Part shown: positions 18,506-25,531 of the stretch, piece after piece
Layout: each line of letters starts with the position of its first letter
How positions within the stretch are numbered: position 1 is the first letter of the stretch
Virus genome (UHGV): UHGV-0193058
Source: a virus
Length of the DNA stretch: 35,805 nucleotides
Direction: 5' to 3' (one strand)
Notes under the pieces: generated by a model
Seen by the model: only the letters and a program-made list of their open reading frames with translations
What the model was told of the DNA's origin: nothing
The model's database searches: none
Program-made: the position numbers and the translations under genes

Positions 18506-18545
18506 ATAATTAAAGAAAGAAATAATCAAAAGGAGGATATAAAAA

Positions 18546-18860
18546 ATGAATAAACAAAAAGCTAGAAGATTTTTAAGAGTTATAGATATGAATATAGATA
18601 AAATAGAAGAAGAAGCTATAAAAGCTTTTAAAGAAAGTTGTTTAATCAAAGAGACTAATGATATAAAAATTTATATCGATATACAAGGAAAAGTTGAAGC
18701 GATAGCAGTTCAAACTTGGGCTAAACTTTTAGATGATGACAAAGAAATTAATATTTTCACATTAAATCAAGCACCAACTCATTTAGACGATATGTTTGGA
18801 GAAATTTACCATGTAAATGATTATGAAGAGTTCGAAAAATGGTGTGAAAAAGGAAGATAA
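18546..18860 (+). CDS. hypothetical protein (moron)
   Basis: 104 aa with SD AAAGGAGGA, downstream of P2. Confidence 0.5.
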   Translation: MNKQKARRFLRVIDMNIDKIEEEAIKAFKESCLIKETNDIKIYIDIQGKVEAIAVQTWAKLLDDDKEINIFTLNQAPTHLDDMFGEIYHVNDYEEFEKWCEKGR

Positions 18861-18864
18861 AAGT

Positions 18865-19017
18865 TTGAATTGGGATAGTTATGAAAAATTCAATAAAGAA
18901 AATTTCGAAGAAATCGCTGAAAGAAATATAGATGATAGCTCATCAGCTTTTTTAGAAAAATTACGTGAAGGCATTGAAAATTGTAAACAAGAATTACAAA
19001 ATATAGTTGAAAATTAA
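18865..19017 (+). CDS. small hypothetical protein
   Basis: TTG start 9 nt after AAGGAAG, 50 aa (MNWDSYEKF...). The longer track ORF from 18817 overlaps the previous gene. Confidence 0.3.
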   Translation: MNWDSYEKFNKENFEEIAERNIDDSSSAFLEKLREGIENCKQELQNIVEN

Positions 19018-19052
19018 GTAGAAGAGTATTATTATTAATGTATATAGTATCG

Positions 19053-19284
19053 CTTTTGGTTAACTATAAGGGATTTAAAATATTTTTTAATTTATTTAGA
19101 AATGATATTGTAATAAGAATTTTCAGATTAACTATGAGGGATTTAAATGTCAATTTAATTTATAGAGAAATAATATAATATCAAATTATTTTATATTAAC
19201 TATAAGGGATTTAAATATCAATTTAATCTATATCTATATGATATAATATCACATTATTTTTAGATTAACTATACGGAAATAAAA
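19053..19284 (+). repeat. CRISPR-repeat-like 68-bp tandem array (3 units plus degenerate terminal unit), no cas genes
   Basis: Units start near 19053, 19121, 19189 and 19257. Each has a 29-nt segment TTTTnnnnTTAACTATrAGGGATTTAAAT. Unit 3 (ATTTTATATTAACTAT...) closely resembles the C. difficile type I-B repeat GTTTTATATTAACTAT.... The 39-nt intervening segments are about 80% identical to each other. Confidence 0.6.
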
Positions 19285-19316
19285 GCAGTGTATTCAATAA
19301 ATGCACTGCTTTTTTA
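19284..19316 (+). terminator. intrinsic terminator (convergent: array on +, orf96 on -)
   Basis: AGCAGTG tattcaataaat GCACTGCT followed by TTTTTT. Confidence 0.7.
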
Positions 19317-19327
19317 ATGCTAAAGAT

Positions 19328-19618
19328 TTAATTATTATGATAACTCAATCCTTCGATTAAAAATCCTACGTTCATTGTCATTTCTGCTTCGTCGCTTTGC
19401 AATATTCCTTCCGTAAATTCGCTGTCGCTTGGTAATGATACTTTTTTTCTTGCAACTGCTTCTATGATTGTTTGAAATAGTTTAATTTTCATATCCTTAT
19501 CAAATCCAGCGTATCGCAAAAAATTTACAACTTCCTGTGAAAACTTATTTAATTCAGATTTAGTCATTTTTTCAGATAACTCTTTTCCAATTTGCAAATA
19601 AACATTCATCTTTTCCAA
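19328..19618 (-). CDS. hypothetical protein, last gene of par operon
   Basis: 96 aa with SD AAAAGGGG, downstream of the parA/parG-like genes on the minus strand. Confidence 0.45.
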   Translation of the reverse strand: MEKMNVYLQIGKELSEKMTKSELNKFSQEVVNFLRYAGFDKDMKIKLFQTIIEAVARKKVSLPSDSEFTEGILQSDEAEMTMNVGFLIEGLSYHNN

Positions 19619-19687
19619 CCCCTTTTTAGATTATAGTTAAAACATATTATTTAAACAATATTGATATATTGTAATAATAATATTAAA

Positions 19688-19727
19688 ATATTACTTAAAT
19701 ATTATATATACAATATTTAAGTAATAT
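19688..19727. promoter_or_regulatory. 40-bp perfect palindrome (16-bp arms ATATTACTTAAATATT / AATATTTAAGTAATAT, 8-nt spacer)
   Basis: Read directly from the sequence. It is embedded in the AATATT-repeat intergenic region between the RHH gene and orf96. Confidence 0.6.
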
Positions 19728-19752
19728 CTAAACAATATAAATATAATATTAT

Positions 19753-20085
19753 TTACTTTTTCTTAGTCTTATTTCTTCTATTTCTCTCATTGTATATATT
19801 TAAATTCTCTTCTTTTATAGTGACATCAGATAAAATTTGAGTTAGTATATCACTTAATAATTTACTAACGTCGCTGTTCATATCAATAGAAAAAGATTTT
19901 AATTTGTTTACAAGTTCTTCATCAAGCGTTGCACTCATAGTCACTTTTTTACTTTTCTTATTAACTAAATTATATATGTTTAATGTCTTATTGTCTGTAG
20001 TTGTAGAATCATTTTGTGCGATTGTTCCATTTTTCAAAATCGGTTTTTCCTTATCAACTAAAAGGTCTCTGTTGAAACTTGGCAT
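19753..20085 (-). CDS. ribbon-helix-helix partition protein (ParG/CopG-like)
   Basis: 110 aa with a disordered basic N-terminus and the RHH motif KKVTMSATLDEELVNKLKSFSIDMNSDVSKLLSDILTQ. Its start is fused to the parA stop (TAGATG). Confidence 0.6.
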   Translation of the reverse strand: MPSFNRDLLVDKEKPILKNGTIAQNDSTTTDNKTLNIYNLVNKKSKKVTMSATLDEELVNKLKSFSIDMNSDVSKLLSDILTQILSDVTIKEENLNIYNERNRRNKTKKK

Positions 20086-20895
20086 CTATAACACTCCTTT
20101 TCTTTTCAATTCTTCTAACATATTAGTAAATTCCTGTCTGCTGAAATGTTCTTTAGTTATTTTTGTATAATCTGTTAGAGATAGTTTTTTTAATAGTGCC
20201 TTCTCTATAAACTCATTTTTTCTAATGTATGTATCTAACATAATATCTCTCATATCGTTAAACCCTTCCAGATAAGAATCGAAAGTATCGCTAATTTGAG
20301 TTTTCTTCTTCTCAAATCCAACTAAAATAGTACTTTTTATATTATCCTCCTTATCAAAATAGGTTCTATCAACATCCCAGAGTTGTTTAAATAATTCTGC
20401 TCCTCTTAAAGAAGAAATGTTTTTATCTTGAATTGGAATAATTATACTATCTGCTAAGAAAAGCACATTTTTAGCTGTCAAATCGTAGCGTGGAGATAAA
20501 TCACAGATAATATAATCATACTCACTCAAAGTATTAAAGTTTTGCATGTACCAGCGAGCTAAAAATTTTTCTCTGGCTGGTAAAGGTGATAGCTCTTGTT
20601 CAAATCTAGCCATTTGTATGTCAGAAGGAATTAAGTCTACATTAATGTAATTTTCATTAGGTGACTTGACTATTGCATCATTAGCACTAATCCCTTTTAA
20701 AATATCTAATGTAGTATTATCATTATGATTTATTTCATAAACATATTGTGTTAGATTTGCTTGTACATCTAAGTCCCATAAGAGAATTTTTTTATCTTTA
20801 TCTTTTGCAAGTTCATACGCTGTCATTATAGACGTTGTTGTCTTATAGATACCTCCTTTTATGTTAAAGTACGTAAGTAGCTTTGTATTAGCCAT
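20086..20895 (-). CDS. parA: ParA/Soj-family partition ATPase
   Basis: Deviant Walker A FNIKGGIYKTTTS, ...LLWDLDVQAN, and Walker B-like ICDLSP. ATG 20895 (MANTK...) lies 6 nt after GAGGTGGAG. Confidence 0.8.
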   Translation of the reverse strand: MANTKLLTYFNIKGGIYKTTTSIMTAYELAKDKDKKILLWDLDVQANLTQYVYEINHNDNTTLDILKGISANDAIVKSPNENYINVDLIPSDIQMARFEQELSPLPAREKFLARWYMQNFNTLSEYDYIICDLSPRYDLTAKNVLFLADSIIIPIQDKNISSLRGAELFKQLWDVDRTYFDKEDNIKSTILVGFEKKKTQISDTFDSYLEGFNDMRDIMLDTYIRKNEFIEKALLKKLSLTDYTKITKEHFSRQEFTNMLEELKRKGVL

Positions 20896-20904
20896 TTTCT
20901 CCAC

Positions 20905-21135
20905 CTCATTATTATATTTATAATATTATAATAATATTGTAGTATTGTTTTTATAATATTGCAACAATATATTAATATTGTTAATTACAATATTCAAATA
21001 ATATAAATACAATATTTACATATTGCTTTTACAATACCAATATATTATATTAAAAATACTAAAATATTGTATACACAATACTAAAATAATATTTTTATAA
21101 TATTACAGTATTATTTTTATATTATAGTAAAATTT
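20905..21135. promoter_or_regulatory. par promoter/centromere-like region with at least 8 AATATT / ACAATATT / AATATTGT boxes
   Basis: Repeated CAATATTG-type boxes upstream of parA, for example ...ATATATTAATATTGTTAATTACAATATTCAAATAATATAAATACAATATTTACATATTG.... Similar boxes recur at 19620-19750. Confidence 0.55.
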
Positions 21136-21139
21136 AAAA

Positions 21140-21168
21140 AAGAAGGCTAAGAAAAAAGCAACCTTCTT
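21140..21168 (-). terminator. intrinsic terminator for AbrB-like gene
   Basis: AAGAAGG ...15 nt... CCTTCTT, followed by TTTTTAAATTTT on the minus strand. Confidence 0.6.
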
Positions 21169-21180
21169 TTATAGAAAAAG

Positions 21181-21363
21181 TCATTCATTCTTAGCCTTTT
21201 CAATTATTATCCTGTCGCCCTCGAATGTTGCCGTAACATTAGGGTTTTCTCTTGTTATGCCCATTTCATCAGCCCATTTTTTAGGAACACTCATTCTAGG
21301 AGTAAACGACCCACTCCCACCTTTATGAAAGTTAAACTTTAAATCTCTTTTTTCTTTTTTCAT
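21181..21363 (-). CDS. AbrB/MazE/SpoVT-fold small DNA-binding protein
   Basis: 60 aa. RMSVPKKWADEMGITRENPNVTATFEGDRIIIEK matches the swapped-hairpin AbrB domain. SD GGAG 7 nt upstream. Confidence 0.6.
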   Translation of the reverse strand: MKKEKRDLKFNFHKGGSGSFTPRMSVPKKWADEMGITRENPNVTATFEGDRIIIEKAKNE

Positions 21364-21366
21364 TCA

Positions 21367-21528
21367 TTAGCTCCTTTTTTGCTGTATTACAAAGAAAAGC
21401 AATAATACAACACTAAAAACTAAACCGAGCATGTTGCTTGTACTAGAGTTTAATACTATAGATACTATATTTAAGACTATAGTTATCAAAACTAAAACAA
21501 TGCAAATCTTATAAAATTTATCACTCAT
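21367..21528 (-). CDS. possible small membrane protein (53 aa), no SD
   Basis: MSDKFYKICIVLVLITIVLNIVSIVL...LLLFFVIQQKRS is hydrophobic, but no Shine-Dalgarno precedes it. Doubtful. Confidence 0.2.
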   Translation of the reverse strand: MSDKFYKICIVLVLITIVLNIVSIVLNSSTSNMLGLVFSVVLLLFFVIQQKRS

Positions 21529-21542
21529 GTTTTTTAGAAATG

Positions 21543-21551
21543 TGTTATAAT
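21543..21551 (+). promoter_or_regulatory. extended -10 promoter TGtTATAAT firing antisense across orf42
   Basis: TGTGTTATAAT on the + strand, 50 nt from the orf42 stop codon. The predicted transcript covers the orf42 hairpin, coding region and SD. Confidence 0.45.
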
Positions 21552-21601
21552 ATTAGAAAGAAGTCACCTAGAGAGAAGGGCTATTCCCTCTAGGCTTATC
21601 C

Positions 21602-21730
21602 TTACAGTTCTTTTAAAATTCTTAGAACTGCGAGGATTATGTTAAGTAATAATAGGATGAAGGAGAAAACTTTTTTAACTATGTTAAATTTGTTTTCTCT
21701 TTTCTTTTTACTTCTTTCTAATCTCCCCAT
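21602..21730 (-). CDS. 42-aa toxin-like small membrane protein (basic N-terminus, C-terminal TM)
   Basis: MGRLERSKKKRENKFNIVKKVFSFILLLLNIILAVLRILKEL. Strong SD AAAGGAGGAA 7 nt before the ATG. A minus-strand promoter (TTGTTT 17 nt TATAAT) has the palindrome TGACGGGGCGTCA in its spacer. A hairpin (21567-21594) follows the stop. Confidence 0.5.
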   Translation of the reverse strand: MGRLERSKKKRENKFNIVKKVFSFILLLLNIILAVLRILKEL

Positions 21731-21926
21731 TCCCGTTCCTCCTTTCTTTTATTTTTTTTGCTTTCTCACCTCCTTCTCTATAAATATATTATACTATGAC
21801 GGGGCGTCAAAAACAATAGTTTTCTCCTATTTTTTAAACAAATTTTGGTAAAAAGTAAAGATTTTAGTATATTAGAAATGATATAAATTCGTATCTTTTT
21901 TTAAAAAATGTGATATAATAAAAGCA

Positions 21927-22030
21927 AGGAAATAATGATTTACTTTACACAAGAGTAGCTATTTCCAATGTTTTGAAAAATAACTTATTTTCTTTAACCA
22001 CTCTTATTGGCGTTTGAGTGGTTTTTTATT
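21927..22030 (+). ncRNA. candidate ~100-nt sRNA (extended -10 TGaTATAAT at 21911-21919 to intrinsic terminator 21996-22030)
   Basis: The promoter is TGTGATATAAT. The RNA has an internal 7-bp hairpin GGAAATA...TATTTCC. The terminator is AACCACTC ttattggcgtt GAGTGGTT followed by TTTTTTATTTTTT. No credible ORF is present (the track ORFs here are low-complexity). Confidence 0.35.
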
Positions 22031-22210
22031 TTTTCATATAAGAAAGCTGATATAACACCAGCTAGTATACTCAATAAAAAATTTATCACCATATTGTTCC
22101 ACCTCCTTCCGTTATGGAATTTGGCGTTTAAATATGGAAATAGCCACTCTTACGCTTTTTCAATCACTTTTTTCCTTGCTAAAATTATTATAACATATTT
22201 TGACAACTAA

Positions 22211-22933
22211 CTAATAAACTAATTCATCTTTAAACTTCATTTCGCTTTTACAAGCTTTATAAACTGATGCGCAACTCTTGCAATCTTCTAATGCTCTATG
22301 AGAACTATAATTCAATCCTAATTCTTCGTGCAAAGAAGGCAAAGAATAACTTTTTAGTTTTTTACCCTCATAAGTTCTTATGTACTTTCTTGACAAAGTT
22401 AATGTATCTATAACCTTATTAGTAACCTTTTTATATCCATTCTTATATAATTTATCTAATATAAATTCCATGTCAAAAATAGCGTTATGAGCTATAAGAG
22501 TATAATCACCTATAAAATTCAAAAAATGTGGAAGCACTTCCTCGATTTTTGGAGCATTAACAACGTCTTCGTCTGTTATCCCTGTTATATCAATTATATT
22601 TTTTCTTATGCTTTTGTTTGGCTTTACAAAAGTACTAAAAATTTCACTTGGGACATCCCTTTCAAATTTAATAGCTGCTATCTCGATAATATCTTCTTTG
22701 GAAGCATCTAAACCAGTTGTCTCTACATCAAAGACAATATAATGCTCTAAAACTTTATTTCTAGAATTTGTAAATTTAATAAATTTTTCGTACTCAATTT
22801 CTTTTTGACTTTTAAAAGAACTAATTATATCACTAGAAAGTTCTTTGCTAAAATCATATTGTTTTGCAATATCGAACTCAGTTAGAACTGGTTCTTTTAA
22901 TGTTTTTAAAAATCTTTTTACTGAATTAAACAC
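22211..22933 (-). CDS. DEDDh 3'-5' exonuclease (DnaQ/epsilon-like) with 60-aa N-terminal extension
   Basis: Exo I motif FDVETTGL, Exo II LIAHNAIFDMEF, Exo III YSSHRALEDC (His within the Y-x3-H motif). GTG start 9 nt after AAGGGGG. Confidence 0.8.
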   Translation of the reverse strand: MFNSVKRFLKTLKEPVLTEFDIAKQYDFSKELSSDIISSFKSQKEIEYEKFIKFTNSRNKVLEHYIVFDVETTGLDASKEDIIEIAAIKFERDVPSEIFSTFVKPNKSIRKNIIDITGITDEDVVNAPKIEEVLPHFLNFIGDYTLIAHNAIFDMEFILDKLYKNGYKKVTNKVIDTLTLSRKYIRTYEGKKLKSYSLPSLHEELGLNYSSHRALEDCKSCASVYKACKSEMKFKDELVY

Positions 22934-22959
22934 AAAGTCATTCCCCCTTTACAATTTAA

Positions 22960-22999
22960 TTATAAAAAATAAGACTTAGTTTGTATACTAAGTCTTAGT
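22960..22999 (-). terminator. second intrinsic terminator T2, 7 nt upstream of exonuclease SD
   Basis: TAAGACTTAG tttgtata CTAAGTCTTA is a 10-bp perfect stem, followed on the minus strand by TTTTTTATAATT. Confidence 0.6.
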
Positions 23000-23131
23000 A
23001 AAATTTAACATTTTAAAAAAATATTTCTAAAATTTAATTGATTTTTTAAAACAGTATATTTTTTTATAATCTAAATGTGCTATAATTATAATCATAAAAT
23101 GAGAATAAGCCGATTTTTTTAAATTAGATTT

Positions 23132-23253
23132 TTAAAATACAAAAAAATAAAAGAGGAATACTCACTTGCCGTCAAACAATAGTATTCCTCACCATCAGGG
23201 AAAATGGACCCTTATTTTGGGATACGCAAATATCCTTATTTTCTAATTGCTAT
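23132..23253 (-). ncRNA. candidate leader/sRNA ending at intrinsic terminator T1 upstream of exonuclease gene
   Basis: Minus-strand promoter TTGATT (23288-23283) with a 17-nt spacer to TATAAT (23265-23260). The RNA contains hairpins GGATAnnnnnnTATCC and AGGGnnnnnnnnCCCT. Then a 10-bp perfect stem GAGGAATACT/AGTATTCCTC (23153-23190) is followed on the minus strand by TTTTATTTTTTTG. Confidence 0.45.
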
Positions 23254-23377
23254 ATTCTTATTATAGAGTAAAAAGCAATAGAAATCAAGTTTTTTTAGAG
23301 TATTTTTAATTAGTAAAATTCTACTAAAAAACAGAAAATAGGTTTTATTTTTCCCTGTAAAATAAGGGGGATTTAAA

Positions 23378-25531
23378 ATGAAAAATAATATAAATAAATT
23401 ATTTCTAGAAGAATGCAACGCTGAAAGGGCAGAACATGAAAAAGAAAATTATTCTGAATTTAATAGACATGAAATATATGAAATAAAAAAATATATAGAT
23501 GAAAAACCGCTTGGAATTAGAACAGCTATAGCCAATGCAGATAATGGAGGAAAAACCTTATTTATTGCACCAACAGGAGCAGGAAAAAGTTATAGCTTTA
23601 TAAATACATTAAAAAAATTAAAAACTAAAGCATTATTTATACTTCCTAACGCTTCTAATGTAGAGCAAGCAATGCACGAATACAACATAGCTGGTGCATA
23701 TGATAAGATACCTGCTAAACAAGCTTTAGAGAACAATAATCTAGCAGTAATGACCTGGGACAAGACTGAACAGCTCATAGATGTAGACTTAAGAGAATAC
23801 ATAATCGTAGTTGATGAAATACATCAAACTTATACAGACAGCTATAGAGGGAAAGCAATAAAAAATTTAAACAATATCATGTCTAAGTGTAAAGGAAGAA
23901 TAGATATAACAGCAACACCAACGAAACTAGAATTTGAAATATATGACTACATAATAGAGTACACTCAAAAACAAAAAACAGAATATGATGTCAAGTTATA
24001 TAATGATTTTGATAATAAAAATTTTACAGAAATAATTAATATAATAAATAAGTCAAACAATAGTGCCATGCTAATGAATGATATATCAACTCTTGAGTTC
24101 ATAAGAGATTCAGTAAACAAAAATGCGGGAGTTGTATATGCAGATGGGAAAGAAGAAAATGAGTTGTACAGTAGAATAGTTAAAAATTCAGATATGAAAG
24201 GCTACGAAACGCTTTTAAATACAACAACAATTTTGGCAGGTGTAAATATAAATAACAAAGATATTACAGATATAATTATCGTTAATATAAAAGATGTTGG
24301 GGCTATAAAACAATATGTTGCAAGGTTTAGAAACTTAAAAAAAGCAAATATACACATATTCAATAAATACAAAGAAGAGTGTAATGTCTATAAAATAGAA
24401 TGGTTGGTTGATAAAAATATAGAAAAAGCAACTATCTTAAAAGATGCTTATAACAAAGTATCTAAACATACCCTAATGTTTGAAACGGTTGGGATAAATG
24501 CTACACCAATTCGAATTGATTCAAATGTTTATTACTGTATGAAAGACAATTGTTACAAAGTAGATAAACTGTATATAAAAAGCCAAATTTACAGTAACTA
24601 TTACAACACAAGAACAATACAAAGTTTTAAAGTTTTATTAGAAGAATACTTCGATAATGTTAATATAACTGATGCTAAAGAAATTGAAACAAATGAAAAA
24701 GAATTAAAAGAATATAAAAAAGTTGTAAAAGAAATTAAAGAAGCAACAAGAAATATTTTAAAAGAACATAAAGAAATTTTGGTAGGTTATAGACAGATTA
24801 AAAGCAATTCTAAGAGCTTTTCACTAATGCAGTATCATAATGATATGAAACTAAGTTTAAAAGGGTGCTTAGAGGCTTACAGAGCGCATGATATACATAA
24901 TTTAGTAAAGAAAAGTAAAAGTAATAGTATGTTAGAACTATATTCTAACTATGTGCTAGATAATAAATTTGATTTAGACCTTGCGTGGAAATTAGCAAAT
25001 ACAGAAAATAGAAAGCGTGGAACAATATTTAACAAGATAAATACTTTGATATATAGAGAATTAAAAGAAGAATATCCAGAGTTTTTAAATGATGAACTTA
25101 TTCAAGTTACAGTATTTAATTATATAGACAAATTATTTGGAATTGGAACATCTTATACAAAATTGCATTTACAAGAGTTAAGTGACGATTTAAGAACAAT
25201 TCTAGGAGAAAATTGGAACTTAACAACTGAAAAAATAGGTTGCATATTGAACGAAATTTTTAAAATAGAAAGTAAAAATCATAGATGTGGTACACACTTA
25301 GAAAATATGTTTTTTTATAAAAATATAAATCCTAAGTGTGTACCATGTGAAAAAAATAGAGTTAGAATTTATAAAATCGAAAGATATGTAACTATAGATG
25401 ACATAAAAAAAGATTTAGAATTAGACGAAAAAGATAAGAGTTTAGAACATGCTATAAAACATACAAAAGATAGAATGTTAAATTCTTTAGATGAAGAGGA
25501 AAAACTATTGTTACTAAAAGGTTTTATGTAA
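23378..25531 (+). CDS. SF2 (DExH) helicase-domain protein with ~390-aa Cys-rich C-terminal region of unknown function
   Basis: Walker A IAPTGAGKSY, motif II VVDEIH, motif III ITATPT. The C-terminal half has Cys clusters (CMKDNCYKVD, HRCGTHLENMFFYKNINPKCVPCEKN). SD AAGGGGGA. Confidence 0.7.
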   Translation: MKNNINKLFLEECNAERAEHEKENYSEFNRHEIYEIKKYIDEKPLGIRTAIANADNGGKTLFIAPTGAGKSYSFINTLKKLKTKALFILPNASNVEQAMHEYNIAGAYDKIPAKQALENNNLAVMTWDKTEQLIDVDLREYIIVVDEIHQTYTDSYRGKAIKNLNNIMSKCKGRIDITATPTKLEFEIYDYIIEYTQKQKTEYDVKLYNDFDNKNFTEIINIINKSNNSAMLMNDISTLEFIRDSVNKNAGVVYADGKEENELYSRIVKNSDMKGYETLLNTTTILAGVNINNKDITDIIIVNIKDVGAIKQYVARFRNLKKANIHIFNKYKEECNVYKIEWLVDKNIEKATILKDAYNKVSKHTLMFETVGINATPIRIDSNVYYCMKDNCYKVDKLYIKSQIYSNYYNTRTIQSFKVLLEEYFDNVNITDAKEIETNEKELKEYKKVVKEIKEATRNILKEHKEILVGYRQIKSNSKSFSLMQYHNDMKLSLKGCLEAYRAHDIHNLVKKSKSNSMLELYSNYVLDNKFDLDLAWKLANTENRKRGTIFNKINTLIYRELKEEYPEFLNDELIQVTVFNYIDKLFGIGTSYTKLHLQELSDDLRTILGENWNLTTEKIGCILNEIFKIESKNHRCGTHLENMFFYKNINPKCVPCEKNRVRIYKIERYVTIDDIKKDLELDEKDKSLEHAIKHTKDRMLNSLDEEEKLLLLKGFM

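Noticed and set aside
19053-19284. Calling the repeat cluster a functional CRISPR array
   Set aside because: The 39-nt inter-repeat segments are about 80% identical to each other and the repeats carry indels. There are no adjacent cas genes. It is reported as CRISPR-repeat-like rather than CRISPR.
21557-22030. c-di-GMP or other known riboswitch in the 470-nt non-coding stretch
   Set aside because: I could not find the conserved GEMM or other riboswitch core motifs by eye. Only generic hairpins and a terminator are present.
21639-22210. Track ORFs 21639-21851 (+) and 22007-22210 (+)
   Set aside because: Poly-Phe/Leu/Ser low-complexity translations of a pyrimidine-rich non-coding stretch. This region is better explained by promoters, hairpins and an intrinsic terminator (sRNA and antisense transcripts).
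23236-23418. Minus-strand ORF 23236-23418
   Set aside because: It overlaps the helicase start and the sRNA promoter, is low-complexity, and has no SD.
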